Source: Trichodesmium erythraeum IMS101 (GTDB lineage: Bacteria > Cyanobacteriota > Cyanobacteriia > Cyanobacteriales > Microcoleaceae). From it: a stretch of DNA of 32,000 bases. This document shows, piece after piece, positions 1 through 8,070 of the stretch; within the stretch, counting starts at the first letter, position 1; each line of letters begins with the position of its first letter. The stretch is taken from contig NC_008312.1 in the NCBI RefSeq assembly GCF_000014265.1, positions 6,210,001 through 6,242,000 on the forward strand, written 5' to 3'. The notes beneath the pieces were generated by a model, which had not been told where the DNA came from, did no database searches, and saw only the letters and a list, made by a program, of their open reading frames with translations. A program made the translations under genes and the position numbers.

Positions 1-418
1 GTATCACAATTTTTTCCGGGGTGCAACTCTAACTACTTGGACGTTTTTTTATAAGCTCCAGAAAATGATATAGATTTTTCCTATTTTTTTAGATATTCTT
101 TAGACAAAACTCTGTAAAAGAGTATCTTTAAAAAAATTGGCAGATTGAAGATTTTTTTTTGATAAAAGTTAGTAGCTTGAATCATATTTGTAGAGACATT
201 CTAGAAAGCATCTCTACAGAAATTTTGAGGGCATAAAAATACTTACCAATAGATAATTAATAATTAATCCCCAAAGGCTTAAAACCTATTTTTAAGGATC
301 AAAAAGAAATAATATTTCCGCATTTGCTTAAATCCTCTTAATTTTAACCGGAGGTAATTATTCATGATTAATTATCCATTATCCATTAATAAATATTCCA
401 ATAAAAACTAATAATTAA

Positions 419-1226
419 TTACTGCTGAAACTGACGAGCGCCGAAAAGATTTTCCTTTGCTTTTGCATCCACATTTTGCATCCGACTCTTACTTAAAACT
501 GTTAAACCACAACTTACCCCAGGTCGCTGACCAACTGTTTTAAAGCATTACTTTAAATGAGGAAAGTTTGCTAAATTTTGTCCTGGTTTTTCCTGAGGTA
601 CTATCCAAGGATATATTGCCATATCAGCGATGGAATAATCTCCCGCTACATATTCAAGTTTGGATAGTTGTTTATCTAAAACTCGATACAAACTAGATGT
701 TTCATTTGTATATCTTTCAATGACATAGGAATTTTTTTTTTGCATATTGACTAAAATTATGAGCTTTTCCTGGCATCGGTATAACAACACCTACTTACAA
801 AATTAACCATAGAATAACTGGTAGTATTCTCATGTTTTTTTTAGGAAGAAAGCGATCTTTTTTTTATGCTAAATAAAGCAAAATAGCTCCTGATTAAAAG
901 ATAGAAATAGGATTACCATTAGGTTTGTTGGAGCCATTTAAGTGATTATTTATCAGTTATCAGTACCTCTAGCTGAAGTTAGAGGCTTGAGATAAAGAAT
1001 ATTATCTTTTTTTATCTCCTTAGAAGAGAAGTCTTGAGACAACAATTTTCCGGTCAACAATAACAGACATGTTATCGTTAGGACTAACTTTGATAAACTT
1101 TGGTTGAAATTTACCTCCAGTCATAATATTAACAAGAATTAAATTATAGGGAGTTTCTGTTTCTTCGAGCATTATACTTATTTTCTAACCGTTAGAGGTC
1201 GCCCAGTAATATAAATCAAGAGTCAT
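419..1226 (-). pseudogene. Decayed YfcG/YghU-like (Nu-class) glutathione S-transferase
   Basis: Minus-strand translation reads MTLDLYYWATSNG*KISIMLEETETPYNLILVNIMTGGKFQPKFIKVSPNDN, then NGSNKPNGNPISIF*SGAILLYLA*KKDRFLP. Next comes the 80-aa track ORF ([19 protein letters not shown]), and after an in-frame TAA, CFKTVGQRPGV..FGARQFQQ*. Motif order (ESGAILLYLA, YSIADxAxYPW) fits a GST. It is broken by several stops, frame changes and a small hairpin-containing insert near 960-1010. Confidence 0.6.
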
Positions 1227-1259
1227 AATTAAAAAAACTCCAATTTTTGTCTATTTTTT

Positions 1260-1958
1260 TTAATTAAAACCCAGATTTTTCCGTCCTATGCCATCAAATA
1301 AATCGAGCATTTTTTCTCGCCAAGCATAAACTGGATCGCTAGTTTCTAAGAGTTTTTTAGGAGACATAGCACGAGCAAATTGAAAAGTAGAAAATACTAG
1401 ATAATCAGCATAGTTTGGTGTTTCTCCTGCTAAGAAAAATTGCTGACTGATAGTGTTTCTTAAAGGCTCTAGAAAACTTTGAAAATTATTAATTTGGTTT
1501 TCTGTAACATCCTTAAATTCTTCTAGAGACTTACCCAAAAAACTTTCACGACTTTCTCGAAAATAAGGCTGGTCTTTTGGATCAATATTTTCAAATACAT
1601 CGTATAAAACTATTGGAGCTAAAATTCCTAATAAGCTGCTATTCCAAGAGTCGATAAACATCGTTTGAGATTTGGCTTCATAACTGCCAAATAAAGAAGG
1701 TTTATCTGGATAAGTTTCCTCTAAGTAATTAGCAATATTCCAAGAATCTGCAACTACTTTATCTCCCTTATTTCCATCAACAATTACAGGAACTGTCTCC
1801 TGATTAGAGAAAGCGATCGCCTCTTTTTCTGTCAGTCGCCAAGGTATAATTTTTACTTCTAAATTTTTGTGTGCTAAAGCCATACGAATTCTCCAACAAA
1901 AGGGACTGAAAGCTCTATTTTCTTCTGCAGCAACCAAGTCGTAAAGTTTAATTACCAT
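1260..1958 (-). CDS. Glutathione S-transferase family protein
   Basis: Intact 232-aa ORF. It has an N-terminal thioredoxin-like GST fold (KLYD..SPFCWRIRMAL..VPVIVDG..VADSWNIANYLEETYPDKPSLFG) and a helical C-terminal domain. Confidence 0.75.
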   Translation of the reverse strand: MVIKLYDLVAAEENRAFSPFCWRIRMALAHKNLEVKIIPWRLTEKEAIAFSNQETVPVIVDGNKGDKVVADSWNIANYLEETYPDKPSLFGSYEAKSQTMFIDSWNSSLLGILAPIVLYDVFENIDPKDQPYFRESRESFLGKSLEEFKDVTENQINNFQSFLEPLRNTISQQFFLAGETPNYADYLVFSTFQFARAMSPKKLLETSDPVYAWREKMLDLFDGIGRKNLGFN

Positions 1959-2389
1959 AGATTATTTAACCTTTATAATTTGTAAATATATGATTAACTA
2001 TATCATATTTTTTGCTTTTTACTAAACTTATTTATTGCTCAAAATAAATAAATAAAGTATTTATTATAGCAATAATTAGCTACTTTTTAGTCATCAATGA
2101 ATAATTAGATATAAAGTTTATCATTTGTTTTAGGGAGTAGTACTGATGTTATTTACAAGGTTGCCACAAGGTAATAATTAGGGTTTTGGGAATCAAAAAT
2201 GAAGAAAAAACTGTAGGTTAGTAGCTTGAAAAAAACTATATAAGTCCTAATAGCAATAGAGACCCTAATTTAGCAAGATGTACTATTAACTATTGACTAT
2301 TAACTATTAAATCATAGCTAGTCACCGATAACTGAGATGACTACTTATATACTAAAATAGTAGAGAATTACTAATACCATCAAGGAAAA

Positions 2390-4834
2390 ATGAACACAAT
2401 TCCAACTCAATGTCAAGACTTAGAAAATCAGGTAGGTATACTACTTCAACTATTATATCAAGAGCCTACTCTTAGACAACAAGATACAACAGCAGTTCGT
2501 TCTTCCTTAAATAAAGTAATTTCCCCAAAGTTTGAAATAGTATTTGCCGGAGCTTTTAGTGCAGGAAAGTCGATGTTAATTAATGCTTTATTAGGGAGAG
2601 AATTACTTTATAGTGCTGAAGGTCATGCAACAGGAACAGAATGCTATATCGAATATGCTGAACCAGAAAAAGAAAGAGTAATTTTGACATTTTTAAGCAG
2701 AGCTGAAATTCAAGAACAGGTAAGAATTTTACGACAGCAATTAGGTTTAGAATCTAATCCCAATATTGAACAATCAGAAGTAATTGGAATTATCCGGGAA
2801 CAATGCAAAGCAATTATTAAAAATGAAGGAGGAGAAAATAAATCGGAACGTGCCAAGCAAGCAAAAGCATTAAAATTATTAGTGGATGGTGTTGAGACAA
2901 ATAAAGAATATATTAATCCTATTGAAAATGCTATTTATTCAATGGAACAGTTCGACTTTTCTAACCTAAAAGAAGCAGCAAGTTATGCCAGAAGAGGAAT
3001 GAATAGTTCTGTGTTGAAGCGCGTAGAATATTATTGTCATCATCCTTTATTAGAAGATGGCAATATTATTATTGATACCCCAGGAATTGATGCTCCTGTA
3101 GAGAAAGATGCTCAAGTTACTTATGACAAAATAGAAAACCCAGAAACTTCTGCAGTTGTCTGTATTTTAAAAGCTGCTGCTGCAGGAGATATGACAATAG
3201 AAGAAACGGAACTGTTAGAGAAAATGCGAGAAAATCCTGGTATTAGAGATCGGGTTTTTTATGTCTTTAACCGTATAGATGAAACTTGGTACAATTCTCA
3301 ACTTAGACAACGATTAGACAATTTGATTATTTCTGATTTTCGAGATACAAAAAGGATTTATAAAACTAGTGGCTTATTAGGTTTTTATGGTAGTTTAATT
3401 AAGGATACAAGCGGGCGGGAGCGCTTTGGTTTAGATAGTATATTTGCTAATAGTATTAAAGGTTTAGATGGAGAGGAAGAAACACCTCAATTTGTTTATG
3501 CTTTTAATAATTATTGTGGCACTTCTCGCAAGTTGCCGAGTAATTTTCGGGTCAGTATTAATGGTTTTGAGTCACCTAATGAAAATTATGTCAGGATTTT
3601 AGCGGACTGGGGTAAACCATTAATCAAACAATTAATAATTGATAGTGGTATAGAAGAATTTAGGGATGGAATTACTCGATATTTAAAGGAAGAAAAACGC
3701 CCACAATTATTTGCAAATTTGGCTGATGATTTACAAAATATTTGTATACAGTTACAGAAAAATTATTTGGCAACTCAGCGAGACTTAGCAAGTCAACCTC
3801 AAGAAATAGAGGCAATGAAAGCTCAGGAATTATCATTATTAAATTTTCAACTTCAGGAGGTGGGCGAAGGATTTAATCAACATATTACTGAGGAAGTAAA
3901 TTTACTAGTTACAAATAAATATGATGCTTTTGAAGCAGATTTTAATCAACTTCAATCTCGAATGATTCGTCGTTTAGATGAACTGTTAGATACTTTTTCT
4001 GTAGAGGCTGCTTATAGTCGGGCAACTGTTAATCATCCACGGAATGCAACGGCTCCTTTATTGGCAGTTTTAGTTGAAGCACTTTATTATTTAGCAAATC
4101 AATTAGAGGATATTTTAGTTGACTCTACTCAGTCAGTAATAACTGGATTTTTTCAAGGTTTAGTTGACCGAATTCGCAAGTCAGAATATTATCGGCAACT
4201 CTATCGTTTGTTAGGTAATGATGGAGGAATTGAAAAATGTTTAAAAGAGGTAGAAAAAAAGGTTAGTACGGCATTAATAAGTGCAGCGCGAATAGAATGT
4301 GATAGATTTGTGCGAGAAAGTCCGCGTTTTTATGATGAAGGAACTTTTTCTATCTATCAGTTTCGGCAGACTTTGTTACAGACTTCTCAAAGTTTTGACT
4401 GTAGCAGTATGGTGGAGGCGGAACCTGCAATTAGACAGTTGTTGAAGTTAGATTTTGAGCCAAAAGTTTCTCAGACTATTCGGCAAACTTTTCGACAAAC
4501 TGTGAATCAAACTTTGAAGACTAATTTATTACCAATGGCTGAAAAAAAAGGGGAAGATATTATGCAGCAATATAATCAAGCTCGGAAATATTTAGAGCAA
4601 AGTTTAGAGGCGGAAGCTGGAGAGAAAATTCAAAGAAATTTACGTTTACAAGCTGAGGTAGATGAGAAGGTTAAGGTTTATAATCAAGCAGTTTCTTCTA
4701 TTAATAGTTGTCTACAGGTGATGTTGTTGAATGAGCGACAGTTGCCAATCATTTCTGATTTTAATTTTGGCAAAGGTGAGGAAAATTTGGAGGTACTAAG
4801 TAATGAGGATGAGAAGTTATTGGAAGGTGAGTAA
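2390..4834 (+). CDS. Bacterial dynamin-like protein (BDLP/SynDLP-type large GTPase)
   Basis: 814-aa ORF. Dynamin-type G motifs occur in order: G1 P-loop GAFSAGKS, G3 DTPG (IIIDTPGID), and G4-like NRID. A long alpha-helical stalk-like C-terminal half follows. The size matches cyanobacterial ~800-aa DLPs. Confidence 0.85.
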   Translation: MNTIPTQCQDLENQVGILLQLLYQEPTLRQQDTTAVRSSLNKVISPKFEIVFAGAFSAGKSMLINALLGRELLYSAEGHATGTECYIEYAEPEKERVILTFLSRAEIQEQVRILRQQLGLESNPNIEQSEVIGIIREQCKAIIKNEGGENKSERAKQAKALKLLVDGVETNKEYINPIENAIYSMEQFDFSNLKEAASYARRGMNSSVLKRVEYYCHHPLLEDGNIIIDTPGIDAPVEKDAQVTYDKIENPETSAVVCILKAAAAGDMTIEETELLEKMRENPGIRDRVFYVFNRIDETWYNSQLRQRLDNLIISDFRDTKRIYKTSGLLGFYGSLIKDTSGRERFGLDSIFANSIKGLDGEEETPQFVYAFNNYCGTSRKLPSNFRVSINGFESPNENYVRILADWGKPLIKQLIIDSGIEEFRDGITRYLKEEKRPQLFANLADDLQNICIQLQKNYLATQRDLASQPQEIEAMKAQELSLLNFQLQEVGEGFNQHITEEVNLLVTNKYDAFEADFNQLQSRMIRRLDELLDTFSVEAAYSRATVNHPRNATAPLLAVLVEALYYLANQLEDILVDSTQSVITGFFQGLVDRIRKSEYYRQLYRLLGNDGGIEKCLKEVEKKVSTALISAARIECDRFVRESPRFYDEGTFSIYQFRQTLLQTSQSFDCSSMVEAEPAIRQLLKLDFEPKVSQTIRQTFRQTVNQTLKTNLLPMAEKKGEDIMQQYNQARKYLEQSLEAEAGEKIQRNLRLQAEVDEKVKVYNQAVSSINSCLQVMLLNERQLPIISDFNFGKGEENLEVLSNEDEKLLEGE

Positions 4835-4960
4835 ATGTGGTCTATTGGCGATTTAGGTAAACAGATTAATGTGAATATTTAGAGATATTTTTTAGTAAAT
4901 ATTTAGTCATTAGTAATTACCTAAATAACTGCTAAGAGCATTTTTTATATCACAGAAAAC

Positions 4961-4988
4961 TGTAGGATGTCTCAACAGATATCCTACA
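4961..4988 (+). promoter_or_regulatory. Inverted repeat between the BDLP and KGK genes (8-bp stem tgtaggat/atcctaca, 12-nt loop)
   Basis: Read directly from the sequence. There is no U-tract after it, so it is not a canonical terminator. It could be an RNA processing or attenuation element. Confidence 0.2.
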
Positions 4989-5025
4989 ATTAGATGCTAA
5001 TTTATTGGAAATAGAAGAATTAAAT

Positions 5026-5793
5026 ATGTCACAAAATTTAGATCATGAAAAGTTTGTTGTGTTGAATTTGCATGATGTTGTGAAAATTGATGCAAATTAT
5101 TGTGATTTTTTGAGCTTGGATAGAAATGAACTTGAATATTTGTGCCTAACAATTGAGCAGTTAAAAACTGAAATTATCCACAAGTTTTCTCCTGATATAT
5201 CTCATCGCTATCTTGTTGAGATACGAAATAAACTATTTGATTATAGTTTCGATGTTTGGATTTTGAAACCTGATGCCAAAAGCTGGAAAAAAGGGAAATT
5301 AAAGGTCGAATTTACTGTCAAATTTTACCCTGATGAACTTGAAGAAAAAATAGAAGAAAATCAAGCAGAAAATTATGGCAATAATAATTCAGAATTTTTG
5401 GAAGGGGATGAAGTTATTCAAGTTGATCAAAGTATAGGAACAAATTTAAATCTAAACTATAACTTTCAATATTTATATATGACAGTTAATCAATTACAAG
5501 GATCAATTATCAAGTTACTAAATATTAATCCTGTCATAAAGCATGAATTCTTTTATCCAAGTTTAAGGTGTGAAGTTTTGAGAGTAGGCACTCAAGGTTG
5601 GCAAAAAGGAAAATTTCATTTTGAATTTCCTGTCAAGTTTTACCTTGATAAGCCTCAAGAAGAAATAGAAGAAAATAAATTAAGTAACTCAGAAAATAAA
5701 GAGGAAAATTATGGCGATAATAATTCAGAATATCTGGAAACTGAACTATCTCCACTTGATGACTTACGGCAAAAATTTCATCAGGAAAATTAG
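5026..5793 (+). CDS. KGK-domain protein with two KGK domains
   Basis: Internal duplication: SWKKGKLKVEFTVKFYPDELEEKIEEN..NYGNNNSEFLE and GWQKGKFHFEFPVKFYLDKPQEEIEEN..NYGDNNSEYLE. The W-x-KGK motif is characteristic of the cyanobacteria-specific KGK domain family. The ATG at 5026 is preferred over the TTG at 5005. Confidence 0.7.
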   Translation: MSQNLDHEKFVVLNLHDVVKIDANYCDFLSLDRNELEYLCLTIEQLKTEIIHKFSPDISHRYLVEIRNKLFDYSFDVWILKPDAKSWKKGKLKVEFTVKFYPDELEEKIEENQAENYGNNNSEFLEGDEVIQVDQSIGTNLNLNYNFQYLYMTVNQLQGSIIKLLNINPVIKHEFFYPSLRCEVLRVGTQGWQKGKFHFEFPVKFYLDKPQEEIEENKLSNSENKEENYGDNNSEYLETELSPLDDLRQKFHQEN

Positions 5794-5917
5794 TAGAAAC
5801 TTTCTGGGAAAAATTTGATTTATGTCAGACATTCTCTCTCCCTACATATTTACTAGCTCCCTCCAAAATTCTGGGAGTAAATTTATCTGGAAAATCAATA
5901 TAAACCACTAAAAACTG

Positions 5918-6064
5918 ATGGCTAAAAATTTTCTGGAGAAAACAGGAAAACCTACAGAAACTTTCTGGGAAAAATTTGATTTATGTCAGACATTCTCTCT
6001 CCCTACATATTTACTAGCTCCCTCCAAAATTCTGGGAGTAAATTTATCTGGAAAATCAATATAA
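5918..6064 (+). CDS. Repeat-encoded mini-ORF copy 1 (48 aa, MAKNFLEKTGKPTETFWEKFDLCQTFSLPTYLLAPSKILGVNLSGKSI)
   Basis: The ATG-to-TAA frame is intact. There is no clear Shine-Dalgarno sequence. The coding status is unproven. Confidence 0.3.
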   Translation: MAKNFLEKTGKPTETFWEKFDLCQTFSLPTYLLAPSKILGVNLSGKSI

Positions 6065-6078
6065 ACCGCTAAAAACTG

Positions 6079-6225
6079 ATGGCTAAAAATTTTCTGGAGA
6101 AAACAGGAAAACCTACAGAAACTTTCTGGAAAAAATTTGATTTATGTCAGACATTCTCTCTCCCTACATATTTACTAGCTCCCTCCAAAATTCTGGGAGT
6201 AAATTTATCTGGAAAATCAATATAA
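6079..6225 (+). CDS. Repeat-encoded mini-ORF copy 2 (variant L6/T13/K18)
   Basis: Same frame, 14 nt after the previous TAA. Confidence 0.3.
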   Translation: MAKNFLEKTGKPTETFWKKFDLCQTFSLPTYLLAPSKILGVNLSGKSI

Positions 6226-6239
6226 ACCACTAAAAACTG

Positions 6240-6386
6240 ATGGCTAAAAATTTTCTGGAGAAAACAGGAAAACCTACAGAAACTTTCTGGAAAAAATTTG
6301 ATTTATGTCAGACATTCTCTCTCCCTACATATTTACTAGCTCCCTCCAAAATTCTGGGAGTAAATTTATCTGGAAAATCAATATAA
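6240..6386 (+). CDS. Repeat-encoded mini-ORF copy 3 (variant L6/T13/K18)
   Basis: Same frame, 14 nt after the previous TAA. Confidence 0.3.
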   Translation: MAKNFLEKTGKPTETFWKKFDLCQTFSLPTYLLAPSKILGVNLSGKSI

Positions 6387-6400
6387 ACCGCTAAAAACTG

Positions 6401-6547
6401 ATGGCTAAAAATTTTCAGGAGAAAACAGGAAAACCTACAGAAACTTTCTGGGAAAAATTTGATTTATGTCAGACATTCTCTCTCCCTACATATTTACTAG
6501 CTCCCTCCAAAATTCTGGGAGTAAATTTATCTGGAAAATCAATATAA
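6401..6547 (+). CDS. Repeat-encoded mini-ORF copy 4 (variant Q6/T13/E18)
   Basis: Same frame, 14 nt after the previous TAA. Confidence 0.3.
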   Translation: MAKNFQEKTGKPTETFWEKFDLCQTFSLPTYLLAPSKILGVNLSGKSI

Positions 6548-6561
6548 ACCACTAAAAACTG

Positions 6562-6708
6562 ATGGCTAAAAATTTTCTGGAGAAAACAGGAAAACCTGTA
6601 GAAACTTTCTGGAAAAAATTTGATTTATGTCAGACATTCTCTCTCCCTACATATTTACTAGCTCCCTCCAAAATTCTGGGAGTAAATTTATCTGGAAAAT
6701 CAATATAA
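6562..6708 (+). CDS. Repeat-encoded mini-ORF copy 5 (variant L6/V13/K18)
   Basis: Same frame, 14 nt after the previous TAA. Confidence 0.3.
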   Translation: MAKNFLEKTGKPVETFWKKFDLCQTFSLPTYLLAPSKILGVNLSGKSI

Positions 6709-6722
6709 ACCACTAAAAACTG

Positions 6723-6869
6723 ATGGCTAAAAATTTTCTGGAGAAAACAGGAAAACCTGCAGAAACTTTCTGGGAAAAATTTGATTTATGTCAGACATTC
6801 TCTCTCCCTACATATTTACTAGCTCCCTCCAAAATTCTGGGAGTAAATTTATCTGGAAAATCAATATAA
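6723..6869 (+). CDS. Repeat-encoded mini-ORF copy 6 (variant L6/A13/E18)
   Basis: Same frame, 14 nt after the previous TAA. Confidence 0.3.
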   Translation: MAKNFLEKTGKPAETFWEKFDLCQTFSLPTYLLAPSKILGVNLSGKSI

Positions 6870-6883
6870 ACCACTAAAAACTG

Positions 6884-7030
6884 ATGGCTAAAAATTTTCA
6901 GGAGAAAACAGGAAAACCTGTAGAAACTTTCTGGAAAAAATTTGATTTATGTCAGACATTCTCTCTCCCTACATATTTACTAGCTCCCTCCAAAATTCTG
7001 GGAGTAAATTTATCTGGAAAATCAATATAA
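6884..7030 (+). CDS. Repeat-encoded mini-ORF copy 7 (variant Q6/V13/K18)
   Basis: Same frame, 14 nt after the previous TAA. Confidence 0.3.
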   Translation: MAKNFQEKTGKPVETFWKKFDLCQTFSLPTYLLAPSKILGVNLSGKSI

Positions 7031-7044
7031 ACCACTAAAAACTG

Positions 7045-7236
7045 ATGGCTAAAAATTTTCTGGAGAAAACAGGAAAACCTGCAGAAACTTTCTGGGAAAA
7101 ATTTGATTTATGTCAGACATTCTCTCTCCCTACATATTTACTAGCTCCCTCCAAAATTCTGAGAAGTAATGGATATTTTTTCCCAGTTCGTACTCAGTGG
7201 AAAGCTACAAATATTTTCGTTATTGAAAGCTCCTAA
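7045..7236 (+). CDS. Repeat-encoded mini-ORF copy 8 (63 aa), with a different C-terminus because the array ends inside it
   Basis: This is the track ORF. It is identical to copy 6 through APSKIL, then reads RSNGYFFPVRTQWKATNIFVIESS from the flanking sequence. Confidence 0.3.
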   Translation: MAKNFLEKTGKPAETFWEKFDLCQTFSLPTYLLAPSKILRSNGYFFPVRTQWKATNIFVIESS

Positions 7237-7620
7237 AAAAATCGCGCTTCAAAGATATTTTTAATTGCATCTTCACAATTTTTGTGATATCTTTATAAGT
7301 GTAAGGGCTAACTCGTACAAGTGTATGATTTTTTGTTCAACTAATTTTACTAGTCCAGAAAAAGAATTAAATATTGTTGATAAATTTTCATCTTAAAAAG
7401 CTCCTAAAAAGAAATGGTGATTTTTTTATCATTAAACCTTTCCATCCATTCTTCTTCTCTTTTTCAGTGGAAAATCATAAATATTTTCATTTTATCAAGC
7501 TCTAAAAATTACAGATAAAAGGTATTACTAGTTGCATTCTCACAATTTTTTTTATATAATAAGGTTAGATGGGGTTGTTCGCCTATATGTATGATTTTTT
7601 ATTCAACACAAATAGCATAA
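7168..7620. repeat. Two diverged tandem copies of a ~245-bp element (A 7168-7412, B 7413-~7620; roughly 70% identity by eye)
   Basis: Blocks that align between A and B: aatggatatttttt/aatggtgattttttt; tcagtggaaagctacaaatattttc/tcagtggaaaatcataaatattttc; ttgcatcttcacaattttt/ttgcattctcacaattttt; gtgtatgattttttgttcaac/atgtatgattttttattcaac. Confidence 0.7.
7532..7560 (+). promoter_or_regulatory. Sigma70-like promoter, TTGCAT-17 nt-TATAAT, inside repeat copy B
   Basis: TTGCAT is at 7532-7537, TATAAT at 7555-7560, and the spacer is exactly 17 nt. Copy A has the same -35 box but a 23-nt spacer to TATAAG. No downstream gene or clear terminator hairpin was identified. Confidence 0.3.
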
Positions 7621-7887
7621 TTTATCAGGGAGCACGAATTTTGTAGAAATAAAAATCAACGTAAGAGATACCAGATGGGTTATATATATTTATATATATT
7701 AAGTGAAAGAGAAAAATTATATGGGAAACAAATTTGAAAATTACAGACATGATTAAGTTATCTGAGTGGAATAAGAGCTTCGTAAAAATCAATCCCAAAT
7801 AATCAAAAGTACAACCTTTCAAATTAATCAGTTAGTAAAAAAATTAGATAAAAAGATAGTTAGGGAGAAAAACTTAACTTTTAATAG

Positions 7888-8070
7888 TTTTGATTTTTAA
7901 TTTATTCAAATTAAGTTTATGCCTTTGGGTAAAAGGTAAAATCAAACTTGCCGTATAATTTTATCCTGATGAAGAAGAAGTTTCTCAAAAACAGGAAAAA
8001 AGTCATCTAAAAATAGTAAATCACAATTTCCACTCGATGATTTATGAGAAAAATTTAATCAGTAAAACTA
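7888..8070 (+). pseudogene. Decayed KGK-domain gene fragment
   Basis: The frame reads ..LCLWVKGKIKLAV*FYPDEEEVSQKQEKS.., which matches W-KGK-..-FYPDE-EE of the intact gene but carries an in-frame TAA. The tail ccactcgatgatttatgagaaaaatttaatcagtaaaac aligns with the intact gene's 3' end ccacttgatgacttacggcaaaaatttcatcaggaaaat. Confidence 0.5.

Larger units (their letters stand above)
5766..7161. repeat. 161-bp tandem repeat array, ~8.5 near-identical units plus a degenerate unit overlapping the KGK stop codon
   Basis: The string gaaactttctgg recurs at 5796, 5957, 6118, 6279, 6440, 6601, 6762, 6923 and 7084, an exact 161-bp period. I see only five variable nucleotide positions across the units. 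Identity ends at 7161. Positions 5766-5795 are a diverged, ~9-nt-shorter version of the unit start. Confidence 0.97.

Noticed and set aside
189-218. Hairpin tgtagagac..gcatctctaca resembling Nostocales dispersed palindromic repeats
   Set aside because: It is a single degenerate copy in this window, so I cannot establish that it is a repeat-family member without the rest of the genome.
5766-7161. Could the 161-bp array be a CRISPR array?
   Set aside because: There are no unique spacers. The whole 161-bp unit repeats, no repeat-spacer alternation is seen, and there are no cas genes in the window.
5918-7236. Mini-ORFs as RiPP precursor peptides
   Set aside because: No maturation enzymes (cyclodehydratase, lanthipeptide synthetase, radical SAM, protease/ABC exporter) lie nearby, and there is no recognisable leader or core architecture. 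The idea is kept only as an untested possibility within the main finding.
7625-7822. Track ORFs 7625-7822, 12324-12521, 14463-14660, 19151-19366 and 21394-21576 (all minus strand), and 26747-26935 (plus strand)
   Set aside because: These are short ORFs in AT-rich intergenic DNA with low-complexity, Phe/Ile/Lys/Tyr-rich products and no start-site support. ORF 26747-26935 is better explained as one frame of the TnpB remnant.
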